A model generated the notes under the pieces. The model ran no database searches. It saw only the letters and a list, made by a program, of their open reading frames with translations, and was not told the DNA's origin. Positions 1 through 14,269 of a stretch of DNA of 64,000 nt are shown piece by piece. Source of the stretch: Octopus vulgaris. Its lineage: Eukaryota. Position numbers and translations under genes: made by a program. Location of the stretch: assembly GCA_951406725.2 (NCBI GenBank), contig OX597815.1:105524001-105588000 (forward strand). The letters are read 5' to 3'. The number at the start of each line of letters is the position of its first letter. Within the stretch, counting starts at the first letter, position 1.

Positions 1-243
1 ACCACATTATGTTAGTGTGCAATTAACAAAATGTTCTTCAATCAGATGGAACCCTTGCAAAAATTTCGAATGTTATTAAGTTACAACCAATGAACTATAT
101 TTACTCGAAACCGTACTCTTAAAGTTTGTCTATAATCTGGTAACAGTCTTTAAGACAAAGTCAAATTCGAGTTTGTCTCCATAACTACCAAGAAGTAGAT
201 TCGTTTTTTGTCGCATATCTCCATTCCAATTTTAGTCAGTTTA

Positions 244-247
<4 letters not shown>

Positions 248-319
<72 letters not shown>

Positions 320-411
320 TCTCACTCTCAATCCCCCTCTCTCTCTCCCTCTCACTCTCAATCCCTCTTTTTCTCACTCACTCACTCACTCACTCTCTCT
401 CTTGCTCTAAT

Positions 412-461
<50 letters not shown>
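248..461. repeat. (CT)n/(TA)n microsatellite
   Basis: Direct inspection; explains ORFs 150..377 and 208..540. Confidence 0.95.
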
Positions 462-464
<3 letters not shown>

Positions 465-1139
465 CGTACTCTCTCGCTCAAAAAGAATTATCATTAACGC
501 CAAAGACATTCAATCACAAAGTCCCACACACATTTATTGACTAGCATCAACCTATCCCACAGAAATTCATTTTCTTACATTGGTAACAATGATGCTAATT
601 ATTTCGAGTGAAATGCTGTTTGGGGAGCGGGGGAAACTATTATTCAAATTTACTTTTTAGAATACAAAGATGAATTTCACAGCAACACCACGAAATGCTA
701 AATAAGTTTAAATAAGAATAACACAGTTTGAGGTACGTGTCGGAAAGACTCCAAGATTTATCAAAATATAGAATAAAAGAATGGTAGATTCGGATAACAA
801 CAGAATTATTTTTGATGTCGATAAAGTAAAGTACCATTCAAGTACTGATATAAATTTTCTACACCCTTCTCTCGACCTTTACAGTCTTGTATATATATTA
901 CAAATTATTATTAGAGCTGGGATCGATCGAGATGGAGAATTGTTGGAAGGTTAGTTTACTTGCTTAGATCGGTTTGTCTGAATTTTATTCTTGGTGAGTC
1001 GATAAAATAGATACGAGACATATATTGATGTCGAGGACTGAGTCTTTCTGCGGCCAAATGTAAAGATAAAGACTCGTTATTAGCTTTTTCGCACTGGATT
1101 AGTCCTTGGAATTAAATGAAGCTATTTCTGAATCATCAC

Positions 1140-1740
1140 ATGAGCTAAAAATTAATTTGTAAAATATTGTACGCAGTTAATTTCAGTTGCGATTTGTAAT
1201 TTTAATTATTGCAAAATCGATTAACAAAATGGCGGCCATGAGTCAACAATTGTTAGCAGATTAAGGAATATGAATAACTGGCTGTTATTTGGTAATGACA
1301 TTGGTCGTTGTACATATGGCATGAGCTGCCATACCTGGGAACAAATTCACTAATCATGGTGAGTGATGAATATCAATGAATAAAATATTGCGTTGAAATG
1401 TCAAATGGAGGAAAATCATTTAAATCATTATATTTTCATTTCAGGCCATTTTAAAATGAATTCATTAATATGTTTAGGAATTGAATTTAAGAGTCAGAAA
1501 TTATACAATCATACGTTGGTAAGACGAAATTAATAGAAAGTAAATTTAAAACTATAACTTTCAAACTTTTCTCGAAAGCATTTGTAAAATATATGAAGTA
1601 AAACGCATTCACTATAATGTTATACAACTGTACTGTATGCACTGTATATTCTCCAAAAGAAAAGCTTTACGATTCTTGCCAAACTTAGAGAAAGCGCACG
1701 AGAAAATAGCATAAAAATAATATATCAAAACTGTCCTTTT
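1140..1740 (+). mobile_element. Possible mariner-derived non-autonomous insertion inside pseudogene 1
   Basis: Segment interrupts the LRR-like frame; ATGTCAAATGGAGGAAAATCATTT (~1398) resembles a decayed mariner transposase N-terminus. Termini not resolved. Confidence 0.25.
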
Positions 1741-2412
1741 ACAGAGATGGCTATTTTTCTTCGTGTATATATAGATTTTCAACCCTGGAAACTATGGATG
1801 AAATCTTCATCTATATCTAGGTGTATGTGAATGTATATAACCCGACAGATGGCGACACTAAACGAACTGAGTATTTTTACACATTTTTACCACAAGAGAG
1901 ATTTTTTCTCCACGCTAACTGCAGAAGATTTGCCTTTAGCAGTTGAAATAAACCCGATTCTTTCAAATCCTGAAAATGTATATAGTATTAAATGCACAGT
2001 AGTGACTGTGTATTGAAAAATGTTACTTCGCAATGACGAGATTCTGTATTCATTATCAAGACGTGACACATTGGTCAAGTGTTTTACCAGATCCTCGACT
2101 CGATTCATACTTTACGAGTGAAATATATGGAAACCGTTCAAAGCCGTTGGATGGATTGGACCTGTTCGTGAATTGTAAAATTCATATTTCCTCTAACTTT
2201 GCGGGATTCGAGAGTGATTCGCTTTATTGCAAGCATTCAGGCCAGGTTTCTGTTTTAGGCATATCAAGATCTTGCGCCTTTCTTTCAGAAGACTCAGAGA
2301 CCCTATAAAATGGCTATAAATGTTGCCCATCTTTCCCCGATAAACATATAAACAAACAAACAAAACATACTTTATGCAGCAGTCCGGTATCACATGAAAT
2401 TTCGTTATTTTT

Positions 2413-3280
2413 ATGAAAATGCACAGTCAGTTCTTGAAGAATAAAGATGAGATTGATTGGCATAGAACCTGGCAATGGCTGCAGAAAGGAGACTTAAAAG
2501 GGCCCACTGAGATATTAGTGCGCAGCGCTCAAGAACAAGCTCTCAGAACAAACTACTCCAAATATCACATTAATAAAAACACAGTGAAGGATGTGCTCTG
2601 AGAAGGGAGCAAGTATAAGTCATATATATTGTTAGTGAGTGTTGTACGCTCGCACAACACGAATGTAAAAGGAGACACAACAATGTGGCCAGATATGTCC
2701 ACTAGCTGTTGTTCGGTAAAGCAAACCTCGAGAGAGCCGAACAATGTGACGAACAATAGCCAGAGGGAGTATTGGAAATCGAACATTACAAAATACTCTG
2801 GGATTTTTACATGCAGTATGACCAAGTCATAGAGGCGAGACGACCTGATATCGTGCTCATCCATAACGATGAAAAAGAAGTAAAGATAATAGAAGTTGCA
2901 ATACCAGGCGATTCGAGGGCAAATGTAAGGAAACAAAAGATTGAAAAATACCACCCACTGCGGGACAAGATGGGAAAGTTATGGAGCATGAGGAAAGTAA
3001 TGGTGATACCGGTGGTAATAGGATCATTAGGAGCAGTTTGCAAGGGCTTTGAAAAACATATTAAGAATATTGGAGCTATTGTCAGGCTCGATGTGATCCA
3101 GAAGACATCATTGTTGGGTACAGCTCGCAATCTAAGTACAGTATTGTCTCTTTGAGTCATAGGAGAAGGCACTACTTGAAGCCTTTGGTGATTTGTTGTT
3201 GCCTGCTTTCAAGTAAAGAATAACCGATAATAAAGACCTATCTGAGAGTCTTTCATGGTAATTTATATAATAGTAATGAC
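2413..3280 (+). mobile_element. R4/Dong-clade (RLE-type) non-LTR retrotransposon, 5'-truncated and degenerate
   Basis: TWQWLQKGDLKGPTEILVRSAQEQALRTN, then R-HNNVARYVH, then restriction-like endonuclease KILWDF...RRPDIVL...IIEVAIPGD...KIEKY...VIPVVIGSLGAV (2772-3155); 3' UTR ends in a decayed TAA-rich tail. Confidence 0.85.
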
Positions 3281-3465
3281 AGTTGCTGGTAATTTTGGCA
3301 CAAGGCCAGCAGTTTTAAAAGGGAAAGGGTTAATCGATTAGATCGACCTCACTATTTGAGTAGTACTCTGTCGTCTACAAGGCATTGAAAGTGTCCACTT
3401 CCAATTTCTTTCCTCCTACTTATCGGAACAATGAAAAGCAAAGTTAATCTTGGAGGGATTTGAGC

Positions 3466-3655
<190 letters not shown>

Positions 3656-4605
3656 TGCCACAAGAGGCCCAGGCATTTAGGACAACATTAAAGGACGGAA
3701 TACAGCACATAAATTGAAATTTACATCTATCAAAAGGAATTCATAGACATAAAAAATAAATAAATAGAATCCCTAACAAGGAGGCACTCCACTTAGGGAA
3801 AACTCCACATACCATGCTGTCCTCAGTTTCTTTCCTTCTATTTAAAGGAGTATACTCAAAGTAGGCTCATTCAGAATCGCTAATCTTACCACTTTCATCC
3901 ACCTTTCCATAAACTCACTAGAAGACAGCATCTTCCTCTCTACTTTCGCCTTCATCTTCAAATGATACTTGAATAAAATCGATGACAATTTGGTCAAATA
4001 GAAAAGAGTATGTCTTCAAACCCTTCAGAAGAAACCACTACACAACCTCTTTCGCCACAACCACTAAACAGAGAAAGTTTTACTCCCCTTCTCTGCTAAA
4101 GAGAAGGGGAGTAAGACTTAATCTTCACTGCACACACGGCGGACAGCTGGATTCGCCCCACACAACATAGCAACTGTTCGAGACCAGACCACAAGCTGCT
4201 AACGCACGGACACTGAACAGGTTCGGCTTCTAGCGGTTCCATTCCTGAAGTGCTTGTCCCGAAGAAGTAGTGTCTACCCTGTAGCACTGCTATGCAAAGG
4301 ACTTTTGAAAGTTGCCCATAGATACCAGTTCCCTCTCGTTTTCGATGTCGTCGTTGATACTATCGCAGTGATATAGATATTTCTGCAGGTGCGTCAGCGT
4401 CAGCGCTTGCTGATGCATCATTAAGGATGGCATCCCGAGACAATAACAGAGTGGTTGTTGACAGCAGGTGGATTTTCTGACCAAAGTATGTTGCCCTTTT
4501 CACAAGAAAGGGAAAAATAAGCGCTCCGATCTATCCAAAAGTTTCTTGGGACAAGGTACGACTGTCAAGCGGTAGTACATAACTGAGACGATATATGCTT
4601 TATTA
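3656..4605 (-). mobile_element. Tx1/L1-clade LINE 3' fragment, divergent relative of the element at 26.4-31.8 kb
   Basis: Minus-strand AYIVSVMYYRLTVVPCPKKLLDRSERLFFPFL..LVRKSTCCQQPL..GMP, GNFQKSFA*QCYR, VQCP..LWSGLEQLL, VAKEVV and KVERKMLSSSEFMERW align by eye with the C-terminal third of ORF2 at 30580-31600. The 3' end abuts the (ATT)n tract. Confidence 0.85.
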
Positions 4606-4609
4606 GATA

Positions 4610-5930
4610 CTCCCGCTCAAATACATAAGTAGATAATAAAACAGATAAGCTGCGACAAACATCCAGAAAGACAATTATCTCTTCCTAAAAACCTTCTTAT
4701 AAAATGTAGGTTTTGCCTAGAATTTAGATGTCTTCAACATGTTGATGAGCCATTCAAAATCGAGAGTCACGAGAAACAGCCAGAAATAAAATTGCTTCTT
4801 CCAATAAATATTCCTATAAGATGCATGAATTAGCCCAGAATTAGTTACATTTCTAGAAAGATGTTGAGAGCTCATTTGCAAACATTTTATCATAACATTA
4901 GTCATATAAGATTATTGTTTATGGAATAAGGACTGTATTACTGCAAAGTAGAGAGCCAATTTTTCTAGGGTGGGAGATATTATCTAAGGGAAGCTATTTG
5001 AAGTAATTTCATTTCACTATTAAGATTTATCTTACCGACTTTGAATGAGTGAAAAACGAAGTTGGCCCTGGTGGGACTGAAATTAAATCTGGATAATATA
5101 AAGAGTTTATATTTATTAAACATTAGAAACACTAATTTTAAAGTAACAAGTCTGTGCGGATATGTTGTCCTTTTCTGTACTAGATCGGTGCTTTTAAAGC
5201 TCAATATCATTTACATCAAAATTTTAACATTAGCAATAATATATTCTTTACAAAAGTAGAGCCTGCCTACCCAAATATGTAACAATTTAATGCACATAAA
5301 TTGTTATCCTTCTTTAGTAGAAATTTAGTTGTCTAATCTAGTGAATAGGAAAACATGATAGGCTGATTGCATGTCAAAATCTCATACGTTAATGGTTTGG
5401 TGATTGTTAAAGCCAAGCAAAACCAACAATGTAGTTACTGAAAAATGGGATGGTGTGAAAAAGTGTCTGATAATGTTAACAAAATAGGTTAGTTGGCATA
5501 AATCAATAACGTTAAATGTTATAACAGTGTGGCTGGGTCATACTGGATTGTGACTTGTTTTCTGTGTTGATGGTAATGGTAGTAAATCGTTGAAGTATTT
5601 TAGGAATTGTAGTTATTGCCTCTTACAGAATTTCTAAATCATTGCTAAACTTACTGTTAAATACAGAAAATACAACGAATGTATTTATAGTAATATTAGT
5701 TTTGCAAAAGATATTTCAAGAAGATTGGTTTTCTGTTATACAGTTTGTTCAATACGTTCTTTGTGAGTGATTTATTATGCAGAAAATCCAGAAGTAATAT
5801 GGATGTCTATGGAAATCCGAATATCTGCATAATTTATAGATTCTTTTCTTATACCAAAGAAAACACTTAAGGTAACATTAACAAATTGAAAAGACAGCGA
5901 GCATAACTGTTACATTCTCATATGGTGTAG
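4610..5930 (-). pseudogene. Decayed TLR/LRR-TM-like pseudogene 2, cut at its 3' end by the Tx1 fragment
   Basis: P*TSILLLDFLHNK (~5765-5810); LEIL..AITTIPKNT; HLTLLIYAN*PILLTLSDTFSHHPIFQ*LH (~5430-5520); LRRCT-like DFEWLINML (~4735-4765); hydrophobic FWMFVAAYLFLST. Confidence 0.45.
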
Positions 5931-7239
5931 ACAAGGGGTTAGCTGAGCTAAATATCTGATACATATGTGGTTGCATGTATGTGTGTCTTCCTATGTATAT
6001 GTGTATATACACATTCAAACACATGTTGGGTAGCTGATAAATTACAGATATCATGTCAGTTGATAATCGTTGCCTTTCTTACAGCGTACAAATTGTTACA
6101 GTATTATTGGAAAGATATCATATTATAAAAGTTTAAAGAAAGAGTTAGAAATTATTACAGAAATCAAATCGTTCTTTTTGTACCAATGGCAATACATTTA
6201 GAATAGATCCCTGGTCAAAGGTATCCAACGGTGAATACCTTGTCTTTTTCTGGGCATAGAATAACTGACTCTATATTATCCTATGTGATCTTCCATTTTA
6301 AGGCAATAGAATGTTATCTGAGGAAAGGTTTTCTTGGTCGGGTGACCACATAGATGTTCCTATGTGCAGCAGCTATCTGAGTTTCTGCGTTGGTTACTTG
6401 ATGAAATTCAAATTACCCACACATATTCAATGATGACATTAAACATGCGCAATAACTAACAGAAAATTGCATTTTTAATGAGAACATCAATAAAAAAATT
6501 GTTAAGATTAAATACGAAGAGATACCTGTTGCATCAAACACAATCAGTGAAGTGGGCGTGAACATAAATAAAGCACAAAGCTAAGCCATTTTCATTAAAA
6601 TTCCGTCCATGAGAAGACTAATCATTATCTTAATTACTGTGGCTGGTCAAGGGAAAGAAATGAAATAGCCCATTAATTATAATTAATTAAAATTCTGGGG
6701 AGTGGTTGTCTCCCTTCCTGGGCTTGACCAGAGGCAGTCATTAAAATAATTATTGTCTTTTCACATAACTCTAAAATTCCTGCCGTGCTTTTTCTTTATA
6801 AGTCTCTCAATCCTATTTGAATCTAAATTTTGTACGACATTTTGACCAAATGCTGTACAAAATTAGCCCAGTATAAAAATATAAAAAATGGATCGTTGTT
6901 TTACATTGTAAATGTGGTGTTGTTGATGAATTTCAGTTGCCAATATAATTTAAATATACAAAAGTTGATGATACGTGCTTTCACATATATCAACTCCTGT
7001 GTATTAACTTCTGAATTAAATCAATAATATAAATAATCATTAAGGGATAATGACACCAAATTCTATACGGGTATATCATTAACTTTCATTATCCTTCATG
7101 TTACTCTGTTTATAGAGTAATAACGAAAACTGTAAGTATTAACTGAAAAATTTATTTCAAAAATAATTCTACAGAAAGAATTTGAAAAGTAATACTTTAA
7201 ACTTTTCACTATCGATTATTAAATATAATAAATATAGAC

Positions 7240-7610
7240 AATCATATTATCAAATAGTTAGTTCAAGAAACATAACTATTGCCGCTATCAAGTACTCTAT
7301 ATAATAAATATGATGAATATATTTGTTAATATCAAGTATTCAGCACGATAGATACAGCACCATTACTGGTATTTGTATTAACAAGCATTAAATATAATGA
7401 CTATAAGTAGTGTTTTCAAACATTCGATGAAGGTATTGACGTTATTATTGAAGTATTGTTGTCATCAAGTACCTTGTAAATAAATGAAGTATTTGTGCTA
7501 TTAATTATTCAATGTGATAAATATAAGAATTAGTGTGATCAAAAATTCAATTAAATATATTAGTAGTATCAAGTATTCAATTAGTGTATATATTAGTGCT
7601 ACCGAGAAGT
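7240..7610. repeat. Degenerate minisatellite built on an ATCAAGTATTCAA core
   Basis: About ten imperfect ATCAAGTA(T/C)T cores at irregular 25-45 bp spacing. Confidence 0.5.
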
Positions 7611-8196
7611 ATATAATAAACACCGTGTTCGTAACATTAACTATTCAGAAGATTAACATTGTTGGAAAACCAAATAATTTGTAAACTTTAGCAAGCATTT
7701 ATTCAATCTATACAAAGAAAGGAAAACATTATCAATATGTACAGAGGAATAAAACGGATACTTAAGCAAAATATAATAAAAGTGCTAATGCGTTAAATAA
7801 TAAATATGAATACGGTAAGTATTGCAAAGCCCATTATAATAAGGTAGTACAGAAAGATAAATCAAATAGCACGCCAGTATGGTCTCAGAACGAAAATGGA
7901 CATGCACCCATTGCACATGAGTATATAAAACAAATAGAAAGCCAACTGAGCAGGCGCATATACCATATAAGGATGTTCGCCCCGTTTTGTGAAAAAAACT
8001 GTGGCATATCAACAAAACAAAAATATAACAAAAATTACGCCAGAGATAAATGTTAACAGACATTTATACAATATTATTATCATATAGAGAAATAATCTAT
8101 ATATTCTCTCTCGGGGACGTTAGGTTGATCGATAAATCTTTGATGGCTAGTGTATTATTATTTCATAAGGATTTCTTCTGGAGAGTGTGAAAACAA

Positions 8197-8198
<2 letters not shown>

Positions 8199-8253
<55 letters not shown>

Positions 8254-8320
8254 CAGGCAGACAGACAGGTAGACAGGCAGTCAGACAGACAAACAGACAG
8301 ACAGACAGACTGGGAGAGAC
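8199..8320. repeat. (GA)n/(GACA)n microsatellite
   Basis: Direct inspection. Confidence 0.95.
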
Positions 8321-8599
8321 TAATTTTGTGCATTAAGAAAAACGTTCGATTCTTGACAAAGATCATAATATTATCAGCTGTATTTAAATCATTTGTTTAT
8401 AGAGTCTAAATGTGTCAGTTGTGAATGTATGGAATGAGTGGAACATACTGTTTTCTCGGTATCGTATCTATTCGAGCACTATATAGATCTATGCGAGCAA
8501 AATGTAATAGACTGTCTCGATTTTGTTAGGAGATAAGCATGATGTAAAATCTAGCTTACTTTTTATCGTAAGTTTAAGTAGGCAGTGGGGAAAATAAAC

Positions 8600-9760
8600 G
8601 AAAATATAAAACCTTTGGCAATACACTATCTCGGTTTCACTTATCCAATCTTAGAATTCGTTATGCTAAGTTAATGTTTCCAATAAGGAACCATTTTTTT
8701 CGCACACCAGCCTTTGCTTTTTGGTTGATATGATGTCGTTCGTGATTTGATTACTCCTTTTGAACCAAGAAATAACCAGTTTCTCACTCTCAAACAGTAC
8801 CTCTATCACAATGTATACTAGCAGGTAATCCAAATTTTAAAAAGTAAGGAAATGTAATATAACAATCTGTTCTCATACTTTCACTTCGATGGGCGATGTG
8901 AAGATATGTCAGCAGAATAAACTTATACACAATCATTAATAGGATCTAGGATTTTTCAAATTTTTTTGTATTTTTCAGGGTTCAACAAAATCCATTGAAA
9001 AGTGTTCCCTCTAACTTTTGGCTTCAATAAATCTAACGGACAATGGCTTGGAAAACTCAAATTTTAGTTCCTTCCAGATTTGACACGAGTTTGTTAAATT
9101 TTGAATTTCATTTCTAGCGTGAGACAGCTTTGTAAGTTTTTCAATAATGATTGAAGCTGTAGCACTATGGATGACAAAGCTGTGAGTGAAGTGTTGATAG
9201 TAACTAGAGTTTTCCAAATACAGCACATCTTGAGAGTATGTCTCCTTCGTAACTTTATGAATGTAACCAATGGTGAAATTTAAATCTGAAAGTTCTCATT
9301 GCGATCAGAGGAGATTGTTCGTGCACGGTGCTTGTGAAAAAAGAAAGCGACTGAATTTTGATCAGTATTGAAATGCAAAACTAGACCTATAAAATAACAC
9401 CATCTCTTACAGCTTTCACATACGTCCTTTTCCACAAATGATTGATTAGATTCTGTTCTTCTCAACGATCTGCAGTAGAAGGCAACATTTCTATTTTGCT
9501 GATTAAATGTTCCACCTAATGCATCTACTTCAAATATGAATGGCAGATCGGGAATAGGAGCTACCGATATATTATAATCAATGATGATGCATTGATTAAT
9601 ATACTCTCCGATATTCTAATTGTATAGAGAACGTTTTGGGGAAAACAATGGTATTGTTTTATTTACTTTCGAGCATTCGTTATTGGTCGTGTCAAAATAG
9701 GGGGGGGGGTCGGAATATCGGTAGTGTAGTATGGAAGTAGACCAGGTAGACTATTATGTT
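8600..9760 (-). mobile_element. Ty3/gypsy pol remnant (RNase H plus integrase N-terminus)
   Basis: PDLPFIFEVDALGGTFNQQNRNVAFYCRSLRRTESNQSFVEK...KRWCYF...NTDQNSVAF fits gypsy RNase H; NSCQIWKELK...FSMDF fits the integrase zinc finger and core start. Confidence 0.7.
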
Positions 9761-9974
9761 TGTAGTGATCCTTACGCAACCTGAGGAAGTTTTAATTGTC
9801 CACAATTTTTCATCCATTTATTGGGCTAAAAAGAGAGCAGGACTTCTGAACTACGCAACTAGCTATATACACAGAACTCAAAGCTGTTCACTCTCTACTT
9901 ATCTTATTTCTCCTTCTCTTCTCTTTCTCCCTTTTTATCTCTCTCCCTCTTCCTCCCCTTTTTTATCTCACCCT

Positions 9975-10018
<44 letters not shown>

Positions 10019-10179
10019 CTGGACTTGGTCAGTCAGAGCAAGGAATCAGTGGAGTAGTCGATTTCTACATGCGTTTCAACTAGTGTTAGTACAAGACACG
10101 ATTCATTTGAACAAGACATTGATTTGCCATATAACAATTCCGCCAGGGTAATGAGTACGTATGTTGATTTCCTTTCTTT

Positions 10180-10487
10180 TATTTCAGTTGCATTTTCCTT
10201 CAACACAGCACGTAAGTTTTTAGAGAATTTGTATTTCACTTACATATGAATTCATAACTAACTTTCCAAAAATATTCATATCTTCATATGTACAACGCCT
10301 CTGCTATAACTGAAACATTATTTTTATGAATATAATTGTAGAAAATTGTTTTTTTCTCTACGGGAATTATACACTTATTCAAAGTGTCTTTTATGGAAAT
10401 TTGCTCTATTCAGTCGCACTGAATTATCTTAACACATGGACCGTCAGAATTCTACCTTCTTTTACTATTTAGATGATAAAAGATATA

Positions 10488-10520
<33 letters not shown>

Positions 10521-10521
10521 A

Positions 10522-10595
<74 letters not shown>

Positions 10596-12000
10596 TATTT
10601 GTGTGTATGTATGTATGTATGTATGTATGTATGTATGTATGTATGAATGTATGCATGTATGTATGCATGTATGTATGAATGTACGTATGTATGTACGTAT
10701 GTGTGTATATGTATGCGTGTTTGTATGTATGTATATTGTTATTGTTTCTTACAATTTTTTTGTTATTTTTATTTTCATAGGTGTGACTGGTTTTCGATCG
10801 AACGGTTTTTTTTTTTAACTGATAACAGTTAAGAAATCTTCCAAACTTGTTTTCTATATTACTATTTTCACCATGACAACTCAAACAGCGCCCGTATATC
10901 AGTCAGATGTAAGCTCAACGGGACTCTGATTTTTACAAAATAAAACTTAGATTCCTGTTGTGCAACCTAACTTTTCGCCTGCATTATCGACTCACTTCAG
11001 GCAGAAACAGTGCAGCTGCGGTTACAGTAATAACTGACCAGCTATGATAAATCATTCATAACAACAATGGACAGAAGTCTCGCTCGTGAGGAGAGCAGAT
11101 TAACAGTTACCAGCTATATGCGTGTGCGCAAGATACAAATGGATTACAGTGGTACTTATCGGTTGAACGGTTATGAACATATTAATCTCTTGGTTCTTGT
11201 CAACAATTCTGTCACCCAAGATTTAGATTTTTTTTTCAGATTGTAGCTATTTATAAACCTATCTATTGTACGAAAGATTAGTACTACGCTAGTACAGCCA
11301 AGAAACAATCTTTTGAATTCATATAACTGTCCCATTACTTCAAATTAATTCAGTACTTGCCATCAGGTAGTACTACTTCTTTTGGATGCAGTAGCACCTA
11401 ATAGCAAGCTCTAATTAGATCGATGGTAGTAACTGCTATGTTGGTTACGATACTCTCAGCTAAACCATCGATTCGTGAATCTCAGTAAGAGTTATGAAGC
11501 GTATCCAAATTGATTGTGTTTGAATTTGGTGGTTACTACCATAATGTATACCAAAAAGCACAGTGCTCACTAAATGACTTATGTTATCAGAAAGTCAACG
11601 TGTAATTTGTTCTTTTATATAGCCATTATTTCACATTTCGCTGTAATAGCGTGGCTTGTGGCTTTACCTTTTATGTATTAGCACCTGGTAATAATTCCTA
11701 GGAACTGTATTTCCTTTCATAAATAATAAAACAACACGCTCCGGTTTCCTTTTTCTTTTTCCTGAAATAATTATCATTGCAAGATGTAGTACGATAAGAA
11801 GGTTTACTTCATAAGTGGAGCCTTTTGATATGTAGTTTTCTCAAGAGAGTCAATTAATCGGTCATTCAAACAGATTTAGTTCGAGTACTGTCGTATTTTC
11901 CTTGATAAGTTAAACAATGAAGGATTCATCAGAGACCACATGAATAGCTTCATTTATGTCTATACATACAGCACATGAAGTAAAATATTCCCATGGGTAT
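10180..12000 (-). pseudogene. Decayed TLR-like pseudogene 3, interrupted by microsatellite 10483-10735
   Basis: LHVD(L)SDNI (~11580-11605); TNLSYNR (~11260-11283); LRRCT-like NPFVSC (~11127-11147) and CSP; TM-like WSVITVTAAALFL (~11000-11040); weak TIR-like NFHKRHF..RRCTYE..KNLRAVLK (10190-10410). Confidence 0.45.
10483..10735. repeat. (TA)n/(TATG)n microsatellite
   Basis: Direct inspection. Confidence 0.95.
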
Positions 12001-12129
12001 ATACGCAGATACTGATAGGAGACTTCTTTTATGCATTGTTAAAAAAAGCTGTATTTTTTAGTTTCTATGCTTATTAAGTAATTGTTACTAGCATGGCGCT
12101 AGTGCATGCTAATTTAGTTTGTATGTATT

Positions 12130-13684
12130 TTATCTGCATGTTTGGTAACAACAAGTCTCCTCAAATCTCAAGAATCTTCCTCAGAATTCTTGAAGAATAT
12201 AGGATGGTATTTTTCTGCATGTCGAGTTTTAATTCTAATCTCTTTCAGTCTTTTAGGTAGCATGTTAGGTGCCTTACTAAGTGCGCCAATTACTACAGGA
12301 ATAATTTTTGCATTGGTCTTCCACAGTCTCAGCTCGATGGCTAGATTCTGATATTTCTCAACTTTTTTCAATTTTCTTGGTGTTGACTCTGCTATCATAG
12401 GGAACTGCAAAAATCTATGATTTTACTGTTTGTTTATTCTGATCTCTATAATCATATTTGGTTTTCTTGTTTCAAAAGTATAGTCAGTCTTTCTGGGGAA
12501 GTCCCACAAGATCTTGTAATTCTCATTTTCTATCACAGCCTCCGTTTCGTGTCCATACCACCTTTCTGTTGTTTTCAAGCGCATACTCGGCTACAATCTC
12601 AATATACTCTCTTGCCTACGCAGCCATGTCTGCGCTTTTACTTCCTTTGTACTAGTATATTGCACTCACTCAAAAAGTGATTGATACTTTCGTTTCCTTT
12701 CCTGACCGAGTTTTATCATCTTCATCCTTATCATATTTGTTCTAAGAGCTTGTCCCTGAGTGGTTATAATTAGCGGTTCTGTCTCTCGTTTCAAGTTCCC
12801 GCTCGTCAACTAACATTCTCAGTTCATTGCAGGAACTGGGCATGTAATTCCATTTCTTCCTGTTTGTTCTTTTGTTCTTCCTTTCCTCTTTGAATTCTCT
12901 TACAGTTTCAGTCACATTTTGGATATCTCTGACTAACGATAGTATTCTTTCTTTACTCTGTACAACATAATTTTTCAGACCCAATATTGCCGTACCAACA
13001 ATGTCTTCTGCATTTAGTAATCTTCTACCACCATCCTTTTTTGATAGCTAGAGTCGGTCGGTATTACTTTTAGAGTGGAGTGTGTTATGCAGTGTGAGCA
13101 GCTTTCTAGGTCTTCTTTCCAAGTTCAGAGGACGACTTTTGTCCATTTCAGAAAGGGATCAGAGTGTCTCAGTACTAGCAATGCCTCTGTATTTATGGCT
13201 TTGATAATGTTCCCTCCATTTAATTTTGTTTCGGGCGCCTTCTTAATTATCTTCTTGTAGTCATTAGTGACTTTCTTTTCCATTTCTTTTTCCATTGTCC
13301 TATAGTCTTGCAGCACTCCTAGGTATTTGTATCCCTCATTATTCCACAACACTCTAATGATGTTGCCTTATGGTAATTTTATGCCATCAGAGCTTACCTT
13401 CCGGCCTCCTTACATAGTTAGTATTCGCACTTATTTACTTCGAACTGCATTCCAATATCTTTAATGAATACTTTCACTGTTCCAGGTCTATCTAATTTTT
13501 ATCCACTTAATGTAGGTAAGGCTATCCACATAATGTAGGTGATTTATTCTCATCTCGGATTTGGTGAACTCATAGGCAATAATGGAGAGAGCAAGCCTCC
13601 AAGGAAAATGCCTCGGCGTATTTTCACGTTACCAAGCGATTCATTTGAACATGTCAGTACTACTTCCCACGCTCTCATTGCTTT
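12130..13684 (-). mobile_element. R4/Dong-clade non-LTR retrotransposon, 5'-truncated and degenerate
   Basis: RT fragment GNVKIRRGIFLGGLLSPLL (~13575-13635); GYKYLGVLQ; KLNGGNIIKAINT; RLE C-terminus KKVEKYQNLAIELRLWKTNAKIIPVVIGAL. The 5' junction abuts (TAA)n on the element strand. Confidence 0.85.
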
Positions 13685-13717
13685 TATTATTATTATTGTT
13701 GTTGTTGTTGTTGTTGT

Positions 13718-13778
<61 letters not shown>
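13685..13778. repeat. Compound (TTA)n(TTG)n(TAG)n microsatellite
   Basis: Direct inspection. Confidence 0.97.
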
Positions 13779-13779
<1 letters not shown>

Positions 13780-14260
13780 ATTTTATTTATTAGCAACAGG
13801 GACATAGATGAGAGGGGCATGACAAGGACAGACAACAATTTCTGAGGGGATTTATATAAAGGATGAGAAGAAAGAAATGGAAAGGACAATGAAATGGGAT
13901 AAAAGTATGCATAGTGTACAAAGTATATGATAACATGGATGATGCAGTCTTCCTGATACAGAAGAAATTCCAACAAGGGCCAATCAAGGAACCCCACAGA
14001 ACTGCAATTACTCAGATCACATTACGAACCATCACTCGAGCTCTCTAATCTATGAGTGCATACGTAGAGCAGGGTCATTCACATTAACTATTTTTGCCAC
14101 ATTTATTCACCTTTTCACAAATTCACTGGAAAGTAGCACTTTTCTCTCCACCCTGAGACTGACCGAAGAGGAAGGTGCTTTTCTTCGATCCTTTCAGCCT
14201 CATCCATCACACAACCTCTTTCGACTTAGACACTAGACTGAAGACCACCTGTCTTGTTAA
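13779..14260 (-). mobile_element. Tx1/L1-clade LINE 3' fragment
   Basis: Minus-strand KEVV*WMRLKG...LRVERKVLLSSEFVKR matches the ORF2 C-terminus; the pyrimidine-rich 3' UTR ends AATAAATAAAATT directly into (ACT)n. Confidence 0.75.
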
Positions 14261-14269
14261 CGGTGGGTA

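Larger units (their letters stand above)
1..2393 (-). pseudogene. Decayed TLR-like (LRR-LRRCT-TIR) pseudogene 1, running off the window start
   Basis: Minus-strand fragments in order: signal/LRRNT-like MIPDCCIKYVLFVCLYV...ACNKANHSRIPQS (2193-2393); LRR-like HLTNVSRLDNEYRISSLRSNIF (~2015-2080); NLPTILHLD..SSNNNL (~900-955); FIDIKNNS; LRRCT-like WCCCEIHL (~670-695); TIR-like SYGDK..IIDKL*EYGF..RNF..G..IEEH (1-190). Many stops and frameshifts. Confidence 0.5.

Noticed and set aside
150-540. Many ORFs with poly-ER/SL/YI/VC/HT/V/T tracts across the window
   Set aside because: They are translations of di- and trinucleotide microsatellites, not genes.
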